From Octopus vulgaris (Eukaryota), in NCBI GenBank assembly GCA_951406725.2, contig OX597826.1, forward strand, positions 32,054,001 to 32,118,000: 64,000 nucleotides of DNA, read 5' to 3'. Under the pieces are notes generated by a model, which saw only the letters and a program-made list of their open reading frames with translations, ran no database searches and was not told the origin of the DNA. The translations under genes were made by a program, and so were the position numbers. Shown piece by piece: positions 41,060 to 55,282 of this stretch (its first letter is position 1; each line of letters opens with the position of its first letter).

Positions 41060-41660
41060 ATTCTCTTCGCTCCTTTGTGCCACATGGGCTCAACTCTCCT
41101 CCCCTCTTCATCTAACCCTCCCTCTTCTCTCTCCCTTTTGCACCTACTTCCTCCCACCCACCTCTCCTCTCTTGCTATAACTCCTACTTCTTCTCTTCAC
41201 TCCTACTCTCCTTCTCTCTTCTCTTCACTCCTACCCACTTTCTCCCTTCTCTCTCTACCTTCATTGTCAACCCTCCCTCGTAACCCCACTCCTACAAATC
41301 CAACCTTGTTTCTTTCTGTGTTCCTTTCTGTGAAAGAGCATAGGCACAAAACGTTAAAGACTTTTTCACTTCCCAAGCATTAAACATATATATCTGTTTG
41401 TTGTCTACACTACCTGCCTTCGTCTTTTGTTTTTTTTGTGAATTCTCCCCTATAAGTATATATATATGTATATATGTGAATCACTGGCGATTTTCTTCCT
41501 CTGTCTTCCTTTTCTATTGGACTTTCCTGATTCTGAAGAAGAGCTCTGCTCGAAACGTTAAACCACCTTTCTTTCTTTCCCTGACCGTCTGCTAATACTT
41601 TACCTGTACCACCTCCCCACCTTGTTTTTCTGTGTTTGTTCTTTGCTTTCTTGGGATTTA
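41060..41660 (+). mobile_element. 3' end of a Penelope-like retroelement (GIY-YIG C-terminal tail plus pLTR)
   Basis: Frame ends ...SLRSFVPHGLNSPPLFI*, like the P-x-G-L-N end of PLE endonucleases. Followed by a pyrimidine-rich tract and two hammerhead-like motifs, ending at (TA)n. Confidence 0.7.
41533..41559 (+). ncRNA. Minimal hammerhead motif of PLE type
   Basis: CTGAAGA a gagc tct gctc GAAAC GTT with palindromic AACGTT; a degenerate sister copy lies at 41328-41356. Confidence 0.65.
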
Positions 41661-41671
41661 CTACATATGTG

Positions 41672-41765
<94 letters not shown>

Positions 41766-42067
41766 AACACACACAGACACACACATGGATAAATAAAAAA
41801 TTGACAGTGATTCTGATGCTGTTGACATTGAAGAAAATTATAATCCAAGAAGGAATACAGGTATATTGAAGTTGAGTGTCAAAAATAATACTTAAAAAGC
41901 TATTTTTACATACAGTTCTGTTAGAGGAGTATAGGTTTTCCCAGTTTATTTTGTTTACTAAAGCAAAACATTTCAGTTATTCTCTGATCAATTATTCATA
42001 TACACATTTTGTCGTATTGCATCCCTTTTTGTCTATTTCTTATCACTGATATATATATATATATGTT

Positions 42068-42111
<44 letters not shown>

Positions 42112-42120
42112 GAAATATAT

Positions 42121-42328
42121 TCTTTTATTTATTTATTTATTTCAGTCCTTTGACTGTGGCCATGATGGAGCACCGCCTTTAGTCGAAAAAAATCAACCCC
42201 AGGACTCATTCTTTGTAAGCCTAGTACTTATTCTATCAGTCTCTTTTGCCGAACCGCTAAGTTATGGGTACGTAAGTACACCAGCATCAGTTGTCAAGCG
42301 ATGTTGGGGGGACGAACACAGACATACA

Positions 42329-42378
<50 letters not shown>

Positions 42379-42534
42379 CACATATATACAACAGTCTTCT
42401 TTCAGTTTCTTTCTACCAAGTCCACTCACAAGGCTATAGTAGAAGACACTTGCCCAAGGTGCCACACAGTGGGACTGAACCCATAGCCATGTGATTGGTA
42501 AGCAAGCTACTTACCACACAGCCATTCCTACACC
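42121..42534 (-). mobile_element. tRNA-derived SINE, family A
   Basis: Full-length homologue of 14511-14976. Confidence 0.88.
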
Positions 42535-42545
42535 TATATATACAT

Positions 42546-42578
<33 letters not shown>

Positions 42579-42599
42579 CACACATATATACATATACAT

Positions 42600-42665
<66 letters not shown>

Positions 42666-43129
42666 TACACACATATTCATACACATGTATACTATATTTC
42701 AGGAGACTAGTGGCAAAACTACCAAATTTTATATTGCTGAAAGTATAGAAACCATGTTTCAGAAAAGGATAATTTCTCTACCAAATTTGTTCAAATTTAA
42801 TGAGTCCCATTAATTAAGAGTTAAAAATTATTGAGGCTCTCCTACACATACAGACACACACGCCCTGGAGGAAAATCATAATTGAAAATCAATTTTGAAA
42901 ACAATATGTTTTCTGAGAGAAATTGGAAAATACGTGTTTAGAATGTATTAAACTGGTAAAAGGAAGTTTATTGAAGCAAATATCAGTTATTTTTATAAGA
43001 ATATTAATAATTTGATAAGAATAGCATTAAACAGATTGAGGAAATTTTAGTTGAGTGGGCATGTATTTATACATAGGACTAGCTGGCAGTAAGAGAACAC
43101 TGAACATACATCAAATAAAGATTTTTCAA

Positions 43130-43730
43130 TGCCTGGAAGGCCCTTTATATCGTAGTTCACAATTTCTGTTACCTAGGTGATATAATCTGTAGTGGTGGTA
43201 GGTGTTCTGAAAGCACAGTAGCCAGAATAAGAACGGAATGGAATAAATTCAGGGAGACATTACTTTTGCTGGAAACCAAAAGGACTCTTTCACAAATTGA
43301 AGGGAGAATTGTATTAGGCTTTTGTATGAAATATGATTTTGTATATCACTGAAATATACTCTTCTGAATGAGAAGGATTTGAAAATGCTGGAATGAAATT
43401 AAACGGTCATGCTCCACTTGATGTGTAATGTTTGAGTCCATGGATTACTGAATAAAATGAGTTGAGACAAACACTGAAGACAACAAGAACTCCTTGAAGT
43501 GTGCAAGAGAGAAGACTTTGCTATTATGAGCATTTGATATGTATGGAGGGTAGCAGTTTTAAAGAAGTACCAAGTGGTCCAAGTGGAAAGAATCTGTAGA
43601 AGGGGAAGATTGCAAAAGAAATTAGAGGAAGTGGAAAACACTGATCTGAGGAACTGAATCTCAAAAATTGACAAGTAACTACAATGAGTGATGGGATGTT
43701 GTGCTGAAGATCTATCCAACTCACATAGAG
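43130..43730 (+). mobile_element. Decayed RTE-clade LINE, C-terminal part of the RT ORF
   Basis: Plus-strand fragments translate to NFCYLGDIICSGGRCSESTVARIRTEWNKFRE and VQERRLCYYEHLICME...RRGRLQKKLEEV, typical of RTE RT-thumb regions; frameshifts and stops present. Confidence 0.8.
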
Positions 43731-44785
43731 AAATGGAGAAAAGGTAGAAAATAATGATGTTGTTGGCACACACACACACACACACACACATTATATCACA
43801 TCACATAGTTGTATGTATCTAGAAATTTGCTATGTCATTCCTGTATCATGTTGGAGCAAAGGGTCAGCTATGTCATAAGATAAAATTATATTCTACAATA
43901 TGTATTGAATACGTTTCTCATGTTTAAAGATATATATGTATATATATATATCATCATTGCTTATATAATATACATACCTACCTACATACAGACATACATA
44001 CATACATATATGTGTGTATGTATATTGGTATTTATACAGAATCTGAACATATATATATTTATGTATATTCACACACGCACACATACACACACACATATTA
44101 TACATATATTTATATATACAGGACACCTGAGGTAGATCATAGAATATAGTAATTGAAATATAGTGTAATTAGTAGCAGAAAAGATACAATAAGCATTCCT
44201 GAAATACCAAATATATTTAATAAAGCAAGTTGCTTCATATAGTCTTATTCTTACTTTTGTATTTATTAGTTTCTGTAACCAGCTCAAATTTACTATGTTC
44301 ATCCATATGTTTGTACTCATGTTAATATCTATATTCATGAAATGTATATTCCACAGCGTTGAAACAAACATAATTAAGAATTAAGTGTAATATCATGAAA
44401 TCTCTTTGAGAATAATGTTGCAATCGAGAAGGTGAATCTCGGTGAGCTTTTTGTGTGCACAGTTTGTGACAGACCTTGCTTTTCTTTTGCTGGGCTCATG
44501 GGAGACGAACCTCCACCAATTATTATGCATATATATCTGTGTACACCTTTCAATGCCGTGTATGCCATAAGGTCTGTAAATCTAACAGAGGCCTCAAAAG
44601 ATATTTTAAGATTTTTAAAGATCAGAACTTAACTGTACCTTTTTGGTGATCCAAATTAGATATAGAATCTATGCGGATGTCTTTTCAATACGTTTTCTGG
44701 TTTTAAAAAAATCACAGCAAATGCCATGATGCATCCAAGGCATAAGGAGGTGGCCAGACTCTGCTTAAGGAATAGACAACCAACC

Positions 44786-44816
<31 letters not shown>

Positions 44817-44907
44817 ATATAATTGAAACAGCTATAAAGGATAATGATTTGCTGTTGATAATAAACTCATGTATATACATATGCATATATATATATATAT
44901 GCACACA

Positions 44908-45206
44908 TCATAATGTTGGTAGATGTAGTTCACCAAAATATGCAGCCAGTAATAGAAGCAAATAAGCATTGGATAAATTGAACCTCCATCATCAGAATAG
45001 AAACAAAACCTTAGATTTCAGATCATGATGCAGAGAAGTTTAAAGGTGGAATCATGATCTGTAATCTAAGATTTTGTTTCTACCCTGATAGCAGAGGCTT
45101 GATTTGTTCAATGTTTATTTGCTTCCATTACTGGCTGCATTTTTTTGTTGAACTACATCTACCAACATTATGACAGATCTTCAAGACTCCAGAAACAGCT
45201 ATTGGG
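44908..45206. mobile_element. Fold-back element (arms 44908-45029 and 45051-45173) with hammerhead remnants
   Basis: About 120-bp complementary arms with a 21-nt loop. CTGATGA-TGGAG on the minus strand of the left arm; CTCCA-GAAAC-AGCT at 45187-45200. Confidence 0.75.
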
Positions 45207-46027
45207 CTTATTATGCACACATATATATATATGAAATGTGAATATATAAAATCATAAAATGCTTTGGCAAGACAGGTGCCTAATCTATTAAACAGAATTG
45301 GGGGGAAAAAACATTCAGATTAAACACTAAACTAAAGATTTTGGAAGCAACTAAGAAATTAGTTGCAAACTCTAACACATTTTTAGGTATCATGGTTCAT
45401 ACTAGAGAAATCCAATTTCAGAAAATGTTCTTGAAATAAAAACCTATGTCTCTGGCAAGTTTGTTTCCATTTCTATAACTTTTATTGAGAGTTAAGAATC
45501 AGAGAGGAACAAACACGGAGAGAAACAAACTCATCCAAATCATATACACATACACAGATAAATACAAATAAATACACATATATGCACACATATACACAGA
45601 CACACAGAAATTGGGTATAAAAAAGTAATGGAATATAAGTTTAGAAAACAGTATGATTTCTGATAAAAACAGTAAAGTATTTATTTAGAAGATATTAGCT
45701 AGTAAGGAAAAATTTATAGAAGCAGATATTAGCCATTTGTAGAAGAACATTAACTATTTGCTGAAGAATTGTGTAAAATATGCTTAGGTAATAACAAAAT
45801 AAAACAAAACATAAAAACAATAAAATATAGAAGTATAAAAATAGTAAAACATAAAACTTGAAAATATGTTTGGATCAGATCATGTGATTTTGATGTGTTG
45901 GTAAAATAGATAAAATATATTTACAAAAAGCAAAGATAATATGAAGAAAATATTTTTTAATGGAATGTAGAAAACAGAACAAATTATTGTTTTTTAAAGA
46001 AATATGCTTGAAAGTTTTAACCTACTT

Positions 46028-46270
46028 GAGAAAACCTCTATGTGGTCAGTTGACTTTCTAGAGTTAGCAGCCAAATCTCCTCAAATCATATCCTACCATC
46101 TTAAAAAGGGAAGGACACACTGATTAATGCAGTCCTAAGATGGAGAATGACACACCTGGAACACCTTTGATTATAGGTCTGCTTGATCAGAGCTGACCTT
46201 GGGCTAAACAACAACAACAATAACAACAACAACAACAGCAACAACGACAATAACAATAATAACAATAACA
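46028..46270 (+). mobile_element. SINE-like repeat with a (CAA)n tail, copy 2
   Basis: Ends ggtctgcttgatcagagctgaccttgggctaaa(caa)n. Confidence 0.6.
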
Positions 46271-46377
46271 ACAACTACAGTAGCTAGTTTATCGAAACAT
46301 AAACAGGCCTACATTAGATATGTGTATGTATGTATATGCCATGTGGCATATATAAGTATACATATCTGTACATACTT

Positions 46378-46433
<56 letters not shown>

Positions 46434-47228
46434 AAGAGCAAGGCACAAATTAAAGCATTTCTCTATGTACACGTAAGTTATAAGAAGATCTTTTTATCTA
46501 TTTTAGATACCCTTATTAACATCACTAAATACAAAACAGTTAAATTCTGATGTTCCATATTCTACAGAAAATTATGTAAGACATCTTGCTGGAAGTTAAT
46601 GTAAGCCAAAATTTATGAGTGAAATCAGAAACCAATATTTCAATGTGAAGTCTAAGACCTCTTCACCATAACCCTTGAATTCTTCAGCTTGATCATAAAC
46701 CCATTAGCTGCCATAGAATATTATAATATATGGTTCCTTTGATCATAACATAGACATTAGCCAACTTGTTATAACCTTAACTCCTTCATGGAATCATTGA
46801 TAACTTATTGACCCACCTTCCAACGAGTATATTTCTAAAATAAAATTTTAAAATATAATTAATAATAAAAGATTTCTTATTTTTAAAACAATAATTCCTT
46901 TGCTACTTTTTTTGTGTCATTATCACTTTTTTTAATAAGAAATATTTACAGAAATTTAATGAAAATACTTAACGAAATTGATAAAAAGCAATAAATATTC
47001 AATCATATTTTATTGATATAGTTGGAATATCTAATGCGAAATAAATTTTTGGTGAATGCTAGTTATTGCATCACTTATTTGGTTGGAAATTAGTGAGAGT
47101 TGGCCTTAAATTACTATATTCTTCTTAATTCATTTCACTAACTATTCAGTACTCTTAATATCCTTAATATCCCTTGTATATTCACACAGATCTCAATATT
47201 GATCCCTTTATCAATCCTTGCTATAAAC

Positions 47229-47424
47229 CAGTGGTTCCCAACCTTTTCACAGTGGTCCCCAACAGTGGGTCCCAGCCCTTTTATTTAAATGAGTTTTCCC
47301 ATGGACCCCTTTTTATATGCTTATCCTTATGTATATATATGTAATTTTGAATTTAGTTCATGGACCTCCAGTACTACCTTTGCTGACCACCAGGGTTCTG
47401 CAGACCCCAGGCTGGGAACCTCTG
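47229..47424. mobile_element. hAT-type MITE
   Basis: TIRs cagtggttcccaacc / ggctgggaacctctg; 8-bp TSD ctataaac / ctatagac. Confidence 0.85.
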
Positions 47425-47569
47425 CTATAGACTCTGATGAGAATACTAATAATACTTAAAATGACAATTATTTAAACAAAATTTGTTCAATAAAAAATTA
47501 TTATTATTGTTGTGGCTGCTGCTGTTGTTGTTGTTGTTGTTGTTGTTGTTATGATTATTATTATCCTTT

Positions 47570-48150
47570 TGGAGATCGATAAAATGGGTATCAGTTGAGC
47601 ACTGGGGTCAGTATAATTGACTAGACCCTGCCCCACAATCGACTATACCCTGCCCTGCAAATTTCAGCCTTTGTGGCAATAGTATAAAGTTTTATTAATG
47701 TTTTTTGAGGTAGTGAGCTGGTAGGATCACTAGCAAGCTGGATAAAATGCTTAGTGGCATTTCATTTGTCTCTATGTTCAACTTCTATTGAGGTTGACTT
47801 TGCCTTTCATCCTTCAGCATCGATAAAATGAGTCCCAGTCAAGCACTGGGATTGATGTCATCAACTTACCCCTCCTCTCAAAATTTCTGGCCTTCTGTCC
47901 AGATAAGAAAGGATTATTCTTATTCTTATTATCATCATGATTATTGTTATAAGAGTAATGAATAAGCAGAGTCATTAGAATGTCAGAAAAACTGCCTTTT
48001 GGCATTTGTCCCAACTCCCTGTGTTTTGTGTTCAATTCCTGTCAAAGCCTAATTTCATGCTCACAAAATATAATACCAGTGAAATACTGAGGTTTGCATC
48101 ATTGATTATACATACACCCTCTGACCCTCAAAATTGCTGACCCTTGTTTA
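47570..48150 (+). mobile_element. Cluster of three degenerate family-B-like SINE copies
   Basis: ggtagtgagctgg...aaatgcttagtggcattt...gactttgcctttcatcc...gcactgggg motifs recur three times. Confidence 0.7.
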
Positions 48151-49746
48151 AATTGGAAACATCTATTATTTTATTTGTTTTCAGTATTTTAATAAATATA
48201 TAACTGTGGCTACCATGGAAAAATCCTACTAGAATTGTCAGGAAGCTGGTACCAGACAAGAGATTTGACACATAATTATTGTAAGAATATCAGAAATGAT
48301 GAACTTGATGTTTAATCAAAACAAAATATATTCTTCAAGATTTTACATTTTTGAATGGCATCAGTAACTAGTTATTGGAGAAAGCAAGAATGAAATATTT
48401 CATCATTTTATCAAAATGAAATACATTATTGGAAAATATTAGTGAAATAACCGCTTTAAAAACAGCTTCATTCATTGCACAATACGACATAATATCAATT
48501 ATAGAATTTCCAAGAAACTAAATTAGTTGCTAAAGGTGGTAAGTATAAGTTGATTGTTTACACAAATTCTGTTATTCACTCATTGAATAATGAATACAAA
48601 TATGAACTAGTATCAACCAGTACAAAATTAGATTTTTCTGTTAAACTACATTTTAAACAATATATATTGAAATAGATAATCATGCATAAAATAAAGTCTA
48701 CTGCTTTGGAAATGATGAAATATTTAAAAAAGTATTAAAATAAGACAATTTTAAGCATACTAAAATCATATGGACATAAATTAACTTATAGTCTGTTGTT
48801 AATATAGATTCAAAATAGTAACAAGATTCCCAGAAAACTCTAAATGTCTTATGTGCTGTTCCTAATTCAAATATAAATTCATTCACCAGAAATGTCATCA
48901 TTTAGAAATAAATGTTAAATGATATCCTTATTTGATAGTCATGTAATAATGTCCTTATATAGTGACCCTAACTGATATCACATCTGCTGATCATATATAT
49001 CTTCATGTAGTTAAGTTAAAATAAATTTCAAAGATGAATTTTTTCAAAAACAAAACACATTATCGATTATTTAAATAAAATGGTAAATCAATGACCACAA
49101 CTAATTCTTCACAACATCACAAGATAAACACAAATTTATAAGCATATAAAACTTGGGTGAAAACTTTTTAAAGGTCAATATATTTCTGGACAAACATTTT
49201 AATCTAGAACTATTATTAGTGATAACACTTCTAGTGTGAACTTGTCTTTCAAGAGTAAGCATTTAGACAACGTTACACATTTTACAATGATTTTACTGTA
49301 AGATTTGAAAATTTTCTGTCAAAACTAAGAGATTAGATTTATCTTAAAGACATTTTATCTGGACAAACATTTGTAAGACATCGAAAAAGACAACAAAAAC
49401 AAGGAGGAAAATAAAACTGAAGCACTATCACAAATCAACCCTAACACAAGCTTATAAGCTGTCTAACAAAAAAAAATAGTAAGCAGAAGCAAGCAAATGA
49501 AAGCAAAAACACACTCAAATGAACATGAAGAATATGAAAATGACAAAATGACAATGAGGTGGGGATGGTGGTGGTTGTAGTAGTGGTGATGATGATGATG
49601 ATGATGGTGATGACTTAATTAAGGAAAATCTTATTAACCTTGCTCAAGAAATTAAATTATCACATTTAGATAGATCCATAATACCTAACAGAGAACTTTA
49701 GAATTTTATCAGGCTGGTCATAATGTCCAATAATAATAAAACTATC

Positions 49747-49785
<39 letters not shown>

Positions 49786-49961
49786 TGACAGCTGCTTGCA
49801 TACTGAATGTCTTCCACAATAACCTAACATTCAAGTACCTAGGGTTATAATTTTGTGGAAACAGATCCTGTGACACCTCTGGTGACAAGTTGCTGTCTAC
49901 TCTCACAGAATTAACCAGAGCACATATGATCAAGAGCTCTGAGAATTAAAATAATAATAAT

Positions 49962-50004
<43 letters not shown>

Positions 50005-50007
50005 GTA

Positions 50008-50056
<49 letters not shown>

Positions 50057-50092
50057 TGATAATAATAATAATAATAATAAGAAGAAGAAGAA

Positions 50093-50580
50093 TAGTTTTG
50101 CCTAGGTATAAAAGGTGGGCTACAGCAAATATTCTGCTCAATACCACAGATTTGCTTGTCAGTTGTTTGACCATAACCAGTTGAGCACGTCCCTTAGTAG
50201 CTGACGATATGTACATCTCTAATCACGAGCAGAAGTAGTGGGAGAGCATCATATCCATGTGTTGAGAGGAATTCTTTGGGATTTTGATAATTCACCTTTG
50301 GGAACATGGGTGTTTAGTTCAACATCCTTAAACAACCCTTGTACAGGGACCTTTTGAGTGGGATAGGCTACTCAACCTGAAGAAAATTCTGACTGGGCCC
50401 CACCTGCAAGGTCATGCACTGTTTACCTTGATATGAAATCAGCATGTTGCGCACATATGGTTGTAATGCATGTGCCTGGTGTACCCCTATCAGACGGGTA
50501 GTCATGTTGGGTATATTGGGCTTCATATATTTTACCTGTGTCACTTTGATGGCATCCACTGCTCTCTCACACAATAATAA
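50093..50580. mobile_element. (AAT)n-associated interspersed repeat, copy 2 (longer)
   Basis: Homologous to 4539-4920; AAT repeats on both sides. Confidence 0.85.
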
Positions 50581-51353
50581 TGTGTCTGATTTAGGTACAA
50601 GACCTACAATTTCAGGGATTGGATGTTTTTCTTTGTTGTCCCCAAAAGGAAAAGGCACAGTTAGCTTTGGTAGGATATGAACTTTCATTGCCAAGAGTCA
50701 AGAGTATATATATTATATATATAATGAACCTAAATGGGGAAGTATGTGTCTGTGTCTTCATTTAAATTTGTATTCTGAGAAAGTTGCAAGAAGCAGTGGT
50801 GTTGTGATTTCTCCTGCCAACAGATCTTTCACTGAAGAGGAGTGAAATAAGAAATCCTTTACTTGAAAAACAGGTCAGTGTTAGTGATAGGAAGTGTATC
50901 TGCCTGTTAAAACAAAGCCTTAGTGATATATTCTTCTAAATCATGCTGGCATGGAAAAATGAAAGTAAAAACGAATGCAAAAGGAACAAAACGTCCATGA
51001 TGTTTTAGGCATGGAAATTCAAATAGCTTTCCAAAAAGAACATCAGAGCATTTGAAACTAGACAGAAAATTTGAGCCCAGCCATTGCAACGTCTCATTAA
51101 TAAATGGTGATGTATGATGATAATGATGATATTAATGATGAAGAGGACGATGATGCTGATGATAATGTTAATGATGAGGATGATAACGGCGGCGGTGGTG
51201 GTTTGTTTGATAAGCAATGTGGATTTAATCTGAGATATGCAGATTTAAGCGCTGTGTGCAATACCTGGAATGTAACGGAAACAACTTTGAACTAGTTTAT
51301 CAAGTCTTTATCTACTTAGATATGGCATACTAATGATAATAACGGTTATGATA

Positions 51354-51411
<58 letters not shown>

Positions 51412-51708
51412 TAATAATAATAATAATAATAATGATGATGAATTAATTTAAAAGGAAAAATTGGTTGTTAAATTTATAGCCAAACTAGATGCAAACACTA
51501 AGAGGGGAGGGAAAAAAAACAGAGGAAAACTGGTTGTTGTTATTGCTAGCAATATATGTAAAACAAATAGAAAAAGTGTGATGTGGATAGGGGTGGGGAT
51601 AGGGAATTAAAGGAAGAACCAGAAGCAACTGATAAAGATGCATAAGGTGCAGTCAGATCTCAAACAAAACACCCAGCAACCAAGCAGTGAGTCAACAACA
51701 ATGCATAC

Positions 51709-52200
51709 TTTTCCTTCTTTGGGACCATTGGCGACATTGGTGGCACGAACCGAGTTCTCTTTGAGGTTGGTAACGTTTGGAGTAGTAGTAGTAGAAGTAG
51801 CTGGACTACCAGGAGTAGCAAAGTTAGGAACATTCTTATCTGTAGTAGGAGTAAGAGGAGTGGTAGAAGTAGTATTGGTAGGAGTAGATAAGTTGCTAGT
51901 ATTGACTGTATTGGTGCTCGTATTGTTGTTGTTGGTGGTGGTGATGTTGGTTGTGTTTGGCGCACCATTGTTGGCAGTGTTGTTCTCTGAGACAGTCGTG
52001 ATGGTTGTCGTACAAGAATTTAACCCCAGGTCATTTTGATCTTCCATTGGTGCATAGGAAACAAGTGAAGATGTAGCTGGTGATGGCAAATTGGAATGGT
52101 TTTTCCTGCCTGTAAACGTCCCAAGGTGCCTACCATTGCTGATAATGGAATCCCCTCCAGGGCTATGCAGAAGAGAGTCACCACCACCAATTTGATTCCG
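51709..52200 (-). CDS. Internal coding exon (RNQIGGGDSLLHSPGG...NVANGPKEGK); Thr/Asn/Ser/Pro-rich, probably disordered; gene not identified
   Basis: 492 bp open in phase 0. Acceptor ttttccttgttatctctgccag|CGG, donor AAA|GTATGC; GC content above background. Confidence 0.8.
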
Positions 52201-52431
52201 CTGGCAGAGATAACAAGGAAAAGGGTTCAGTAAAAATGGTACAAAAAAAGAAAATAAATTATATGTTTATGTGTGTGTGAGAGAGAATGTGAGTGTGTGA
52301 GAGTGTGTGTATGTGTGTGTGGGTGTATGTGAGAGTGTGTGAGTAAGTTTATACATACATGTATGTAGGCAATCATGGTCGTATATTCAAAGAGATTTCA
52401 TGATGTATGATATATATATGGGCATCTGTGC

Positions 52432-52462
<31 letters not shown>

Positions 52463-52485
52463 CAAACACACACATATATATACAA

Positions 52486-52532
<47 letters not shown>

Positions 52533-52747
52533 TATATATTTTAATTTAATCTGATTTTTCTCATTTCTATTTCATTTAGCAAAGCAAACAAGAAACTCAG
52601 AGCAGTGGTGAAGTCACATCGCAGGTTGGAAAAAAAATCACTGAACTTTACCACATAGATTGAGTACTATTGTCTCACATTTGTAAATCAAATCAAGCAC
52701 GCACACACACACAGACACACACACAAGCACACACACATACACATTCA

Positions 52748-53307
52748 TATAAGAGTAAGTCAAAAAGTAATGCCATTTTGTTGAGGATAGGTATAATTAC
52801 CAACACAGGTACATGTATCATACATCAAAATGAAGCTTATTATGAGTTCAATGTTTTTCCTTTTGGCAAGAAATCGACCAGAATGACACCTTGAGCATCC
52901 CAAAAGACAGTCGCCATGATTTTTCCAACTGACTTTTGTGTCTTGCACTTTTCCAGTGGTGATGTCGTAGAGTGGCGCCATTCCATTGACTGCCTCTTTG
53001 ATTCCCATTCATAATGATGAACCCATGTTTCATCAGCTGTTACAAGCCTTTGAAAGAAGGTGTTGTCTCTTTGAATTTGTTGTGAAGAAATGGCTCAAAG
53101 AACAGTCAACAGAATTTTACAGGGGCAGGGGTACATGCTCTCATTCGAAGGTGGAACATTGCTATTGAGAGAAACGGTGACTATGTTGAGAAGTAGGGAT
53201 GTGATCCACAGAGGACCAGCTTCATTTTGATGTATGATACATGTTCCTGTGTTGGTAATTATACCTGTCCTAAACAAAATGGCATTACTTTTTGATTCAC
53301 CCTTGTA
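52748..53307. mobile_element. Non-autonomous mariner derivative with 90-bp inverted arms
   Basis: TA at both ends; arms 52748-52837 and 53218-53307. Transposase fragments DETWVHHYEWESKRQSMEW...KIMATVFWDAQGVILVDFL (minus) and VVKKWLKEQSTEFY...HALIRRWNIAIERNGDYVEK* (plus). Confidence 0.92.
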
Positions 53308-53688
53308 CATATACACACACATAACATATATGTACATATGTAGGCACGCATAATTTCAGATATGAGAGTAGCATTTTTTGATAGAAAATTTACAAGTAAT
53401 ATGATTTTGATTATTATTGGGGTTGCAATGTTCTTCATTCAGAATTAAAATTAATTAACATGAAAAGAATTGCCAAATGAAAAGACTGAAAGATTGAAAT
53501 GAAATTTCTGCCTAGTTTTTCCATTACATTGTCCTATCATGATCCTCAGAAATCATGAAATTTCGTTGGTTTGTTATTTTGTTTCTATTATATAAAATAA
53601 AACATTGGAGGAAAATTGAAATAAATATAAGATATATTTATATATATATATCCATATTATATATGTACATGTATGTGTATGTGCATAC

Positions 53689-53753
<65 letters not shown>

Positions 53754-53986
53754 ATGTGTATATCTATTTATGTATATATGTGCATGTGTGTGCTGTGTGT
53801 GTTGTGTGTGTGTATCAGCATATGATAGAAAATATATGATGAAATGATTCACGATTCTCTAATTATTTCACTTGGCAAAAGTCATGCATAACTGAATCTC
53901 ATATGAGAAACAGAAAGAATGGTAATACGGGAAGAATGACATTCCAAGAATTGTGAATCTGTAAATAACCCAATAATATGCCCAAG

Positions 53987-54029
<43 letters not shown>

Positions 54030-54129
54030 TACATGCAAGCATGTATACACACACACATGTGTATATATACATATATGTATAGATGTATGTATATATGTAT
54101 GTACATATATGTGTATATATATGTTCATG

Positions 54130-54161
<32 letters not shown>

Positions 54162-54211
54162 CACGCATACATATGCACACACAATCACACAGTTATATAT
54201 ATTACTTTGAC

Positions 54212-54249
<38 letters not shown>

Positions 54250-54359
54250 GTCTGTATGTATGTGTGTAAATAGATATATAAATAAATAAAGATATGTATA
54301 TACATACATTTCATACATATATATATATATACATATAAATATATAAATATATATGTATG

Positions 54360-54417
<58 letters not shown>

Positions 54418-55071
54418 CATGCCTTCATGTGTATATGTCTATGTGCACTTATGCATATCTGTGTATGTGGGTGGGGGGGGTATATATTTTCCATTCTAAT
54501 ATATAAAGATAATTCAAATCAATTTAAAGTTCTGTCAATTTGGAATTATAGCAATAGCGATTCCATTTTTAAAATCATAAAGGCAAATCAAAGGTAATTT
54601 GGGGATATTTAAAGCAATAAAATACCCTAAAACTAAACTTGCTTTTATTGTTGTTGTTGCCACTTAAATTTGGATTATATTAATTTCAAATTTAGTGCTA
54701 TTGGAACTTTATTGAATTTTCAAAATACTGAAAGAATTGGTTAAATTACTCCAAGAGAATGACAATCAGATACATAATGTAAATTATCTTTTGAATTTGT
54801 CACTGATAATGTATTTCCTGAAGGCGAAACATTTACATAGGTCATATTTTGTTATTATTTGGAAAGAACTAGAGAGCAATTTCTCCTGATGTATATATAT
54901 ATATATATATATATAAAATCATACATATATAATATATATAAGGTACACATATATATCATATCTTTAATATATGTGTATATATAATATATATAATATATAG
55001 TATATATTATACATGTATGTATATGTATGTATTATAGAGTATAATATATGTGTATATATAATATATATACA

Positions 55072-55118
<47 letters not shown>

Positions 55119-55251
55119 CATATATATATATACATATATATTTAAAAGAAAATATGGTTATACAAACACATGCACACATATATGTATTATATATGTGTGT
55201 ACATGCAATCATATACATACATACATACATACACACACAACGCACAACCAT

Positions 55252-55282
<31 letters not shown>

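Noticed and set aside
43399-43791. 130-aa minus-strand ORF
   Set aside because: Antisense of the decayed RTE LINE fragment.
44432-44632. FVCTVCDRPCFSFAGL, resembling a C2H2 zinc finger
   Set aside because: The His ligands are missing; more likely a remnant of a LINE C-terminal finger, and too short to call.
49911-50216. Poly-Ile ORF
   Set aside because: Translation of an (ATT)n microsatellite.
51638-52039. Val-rich plus-strand ORF
   Set aside because: Antisense shadow of the Thr-rich minus-strand exon.
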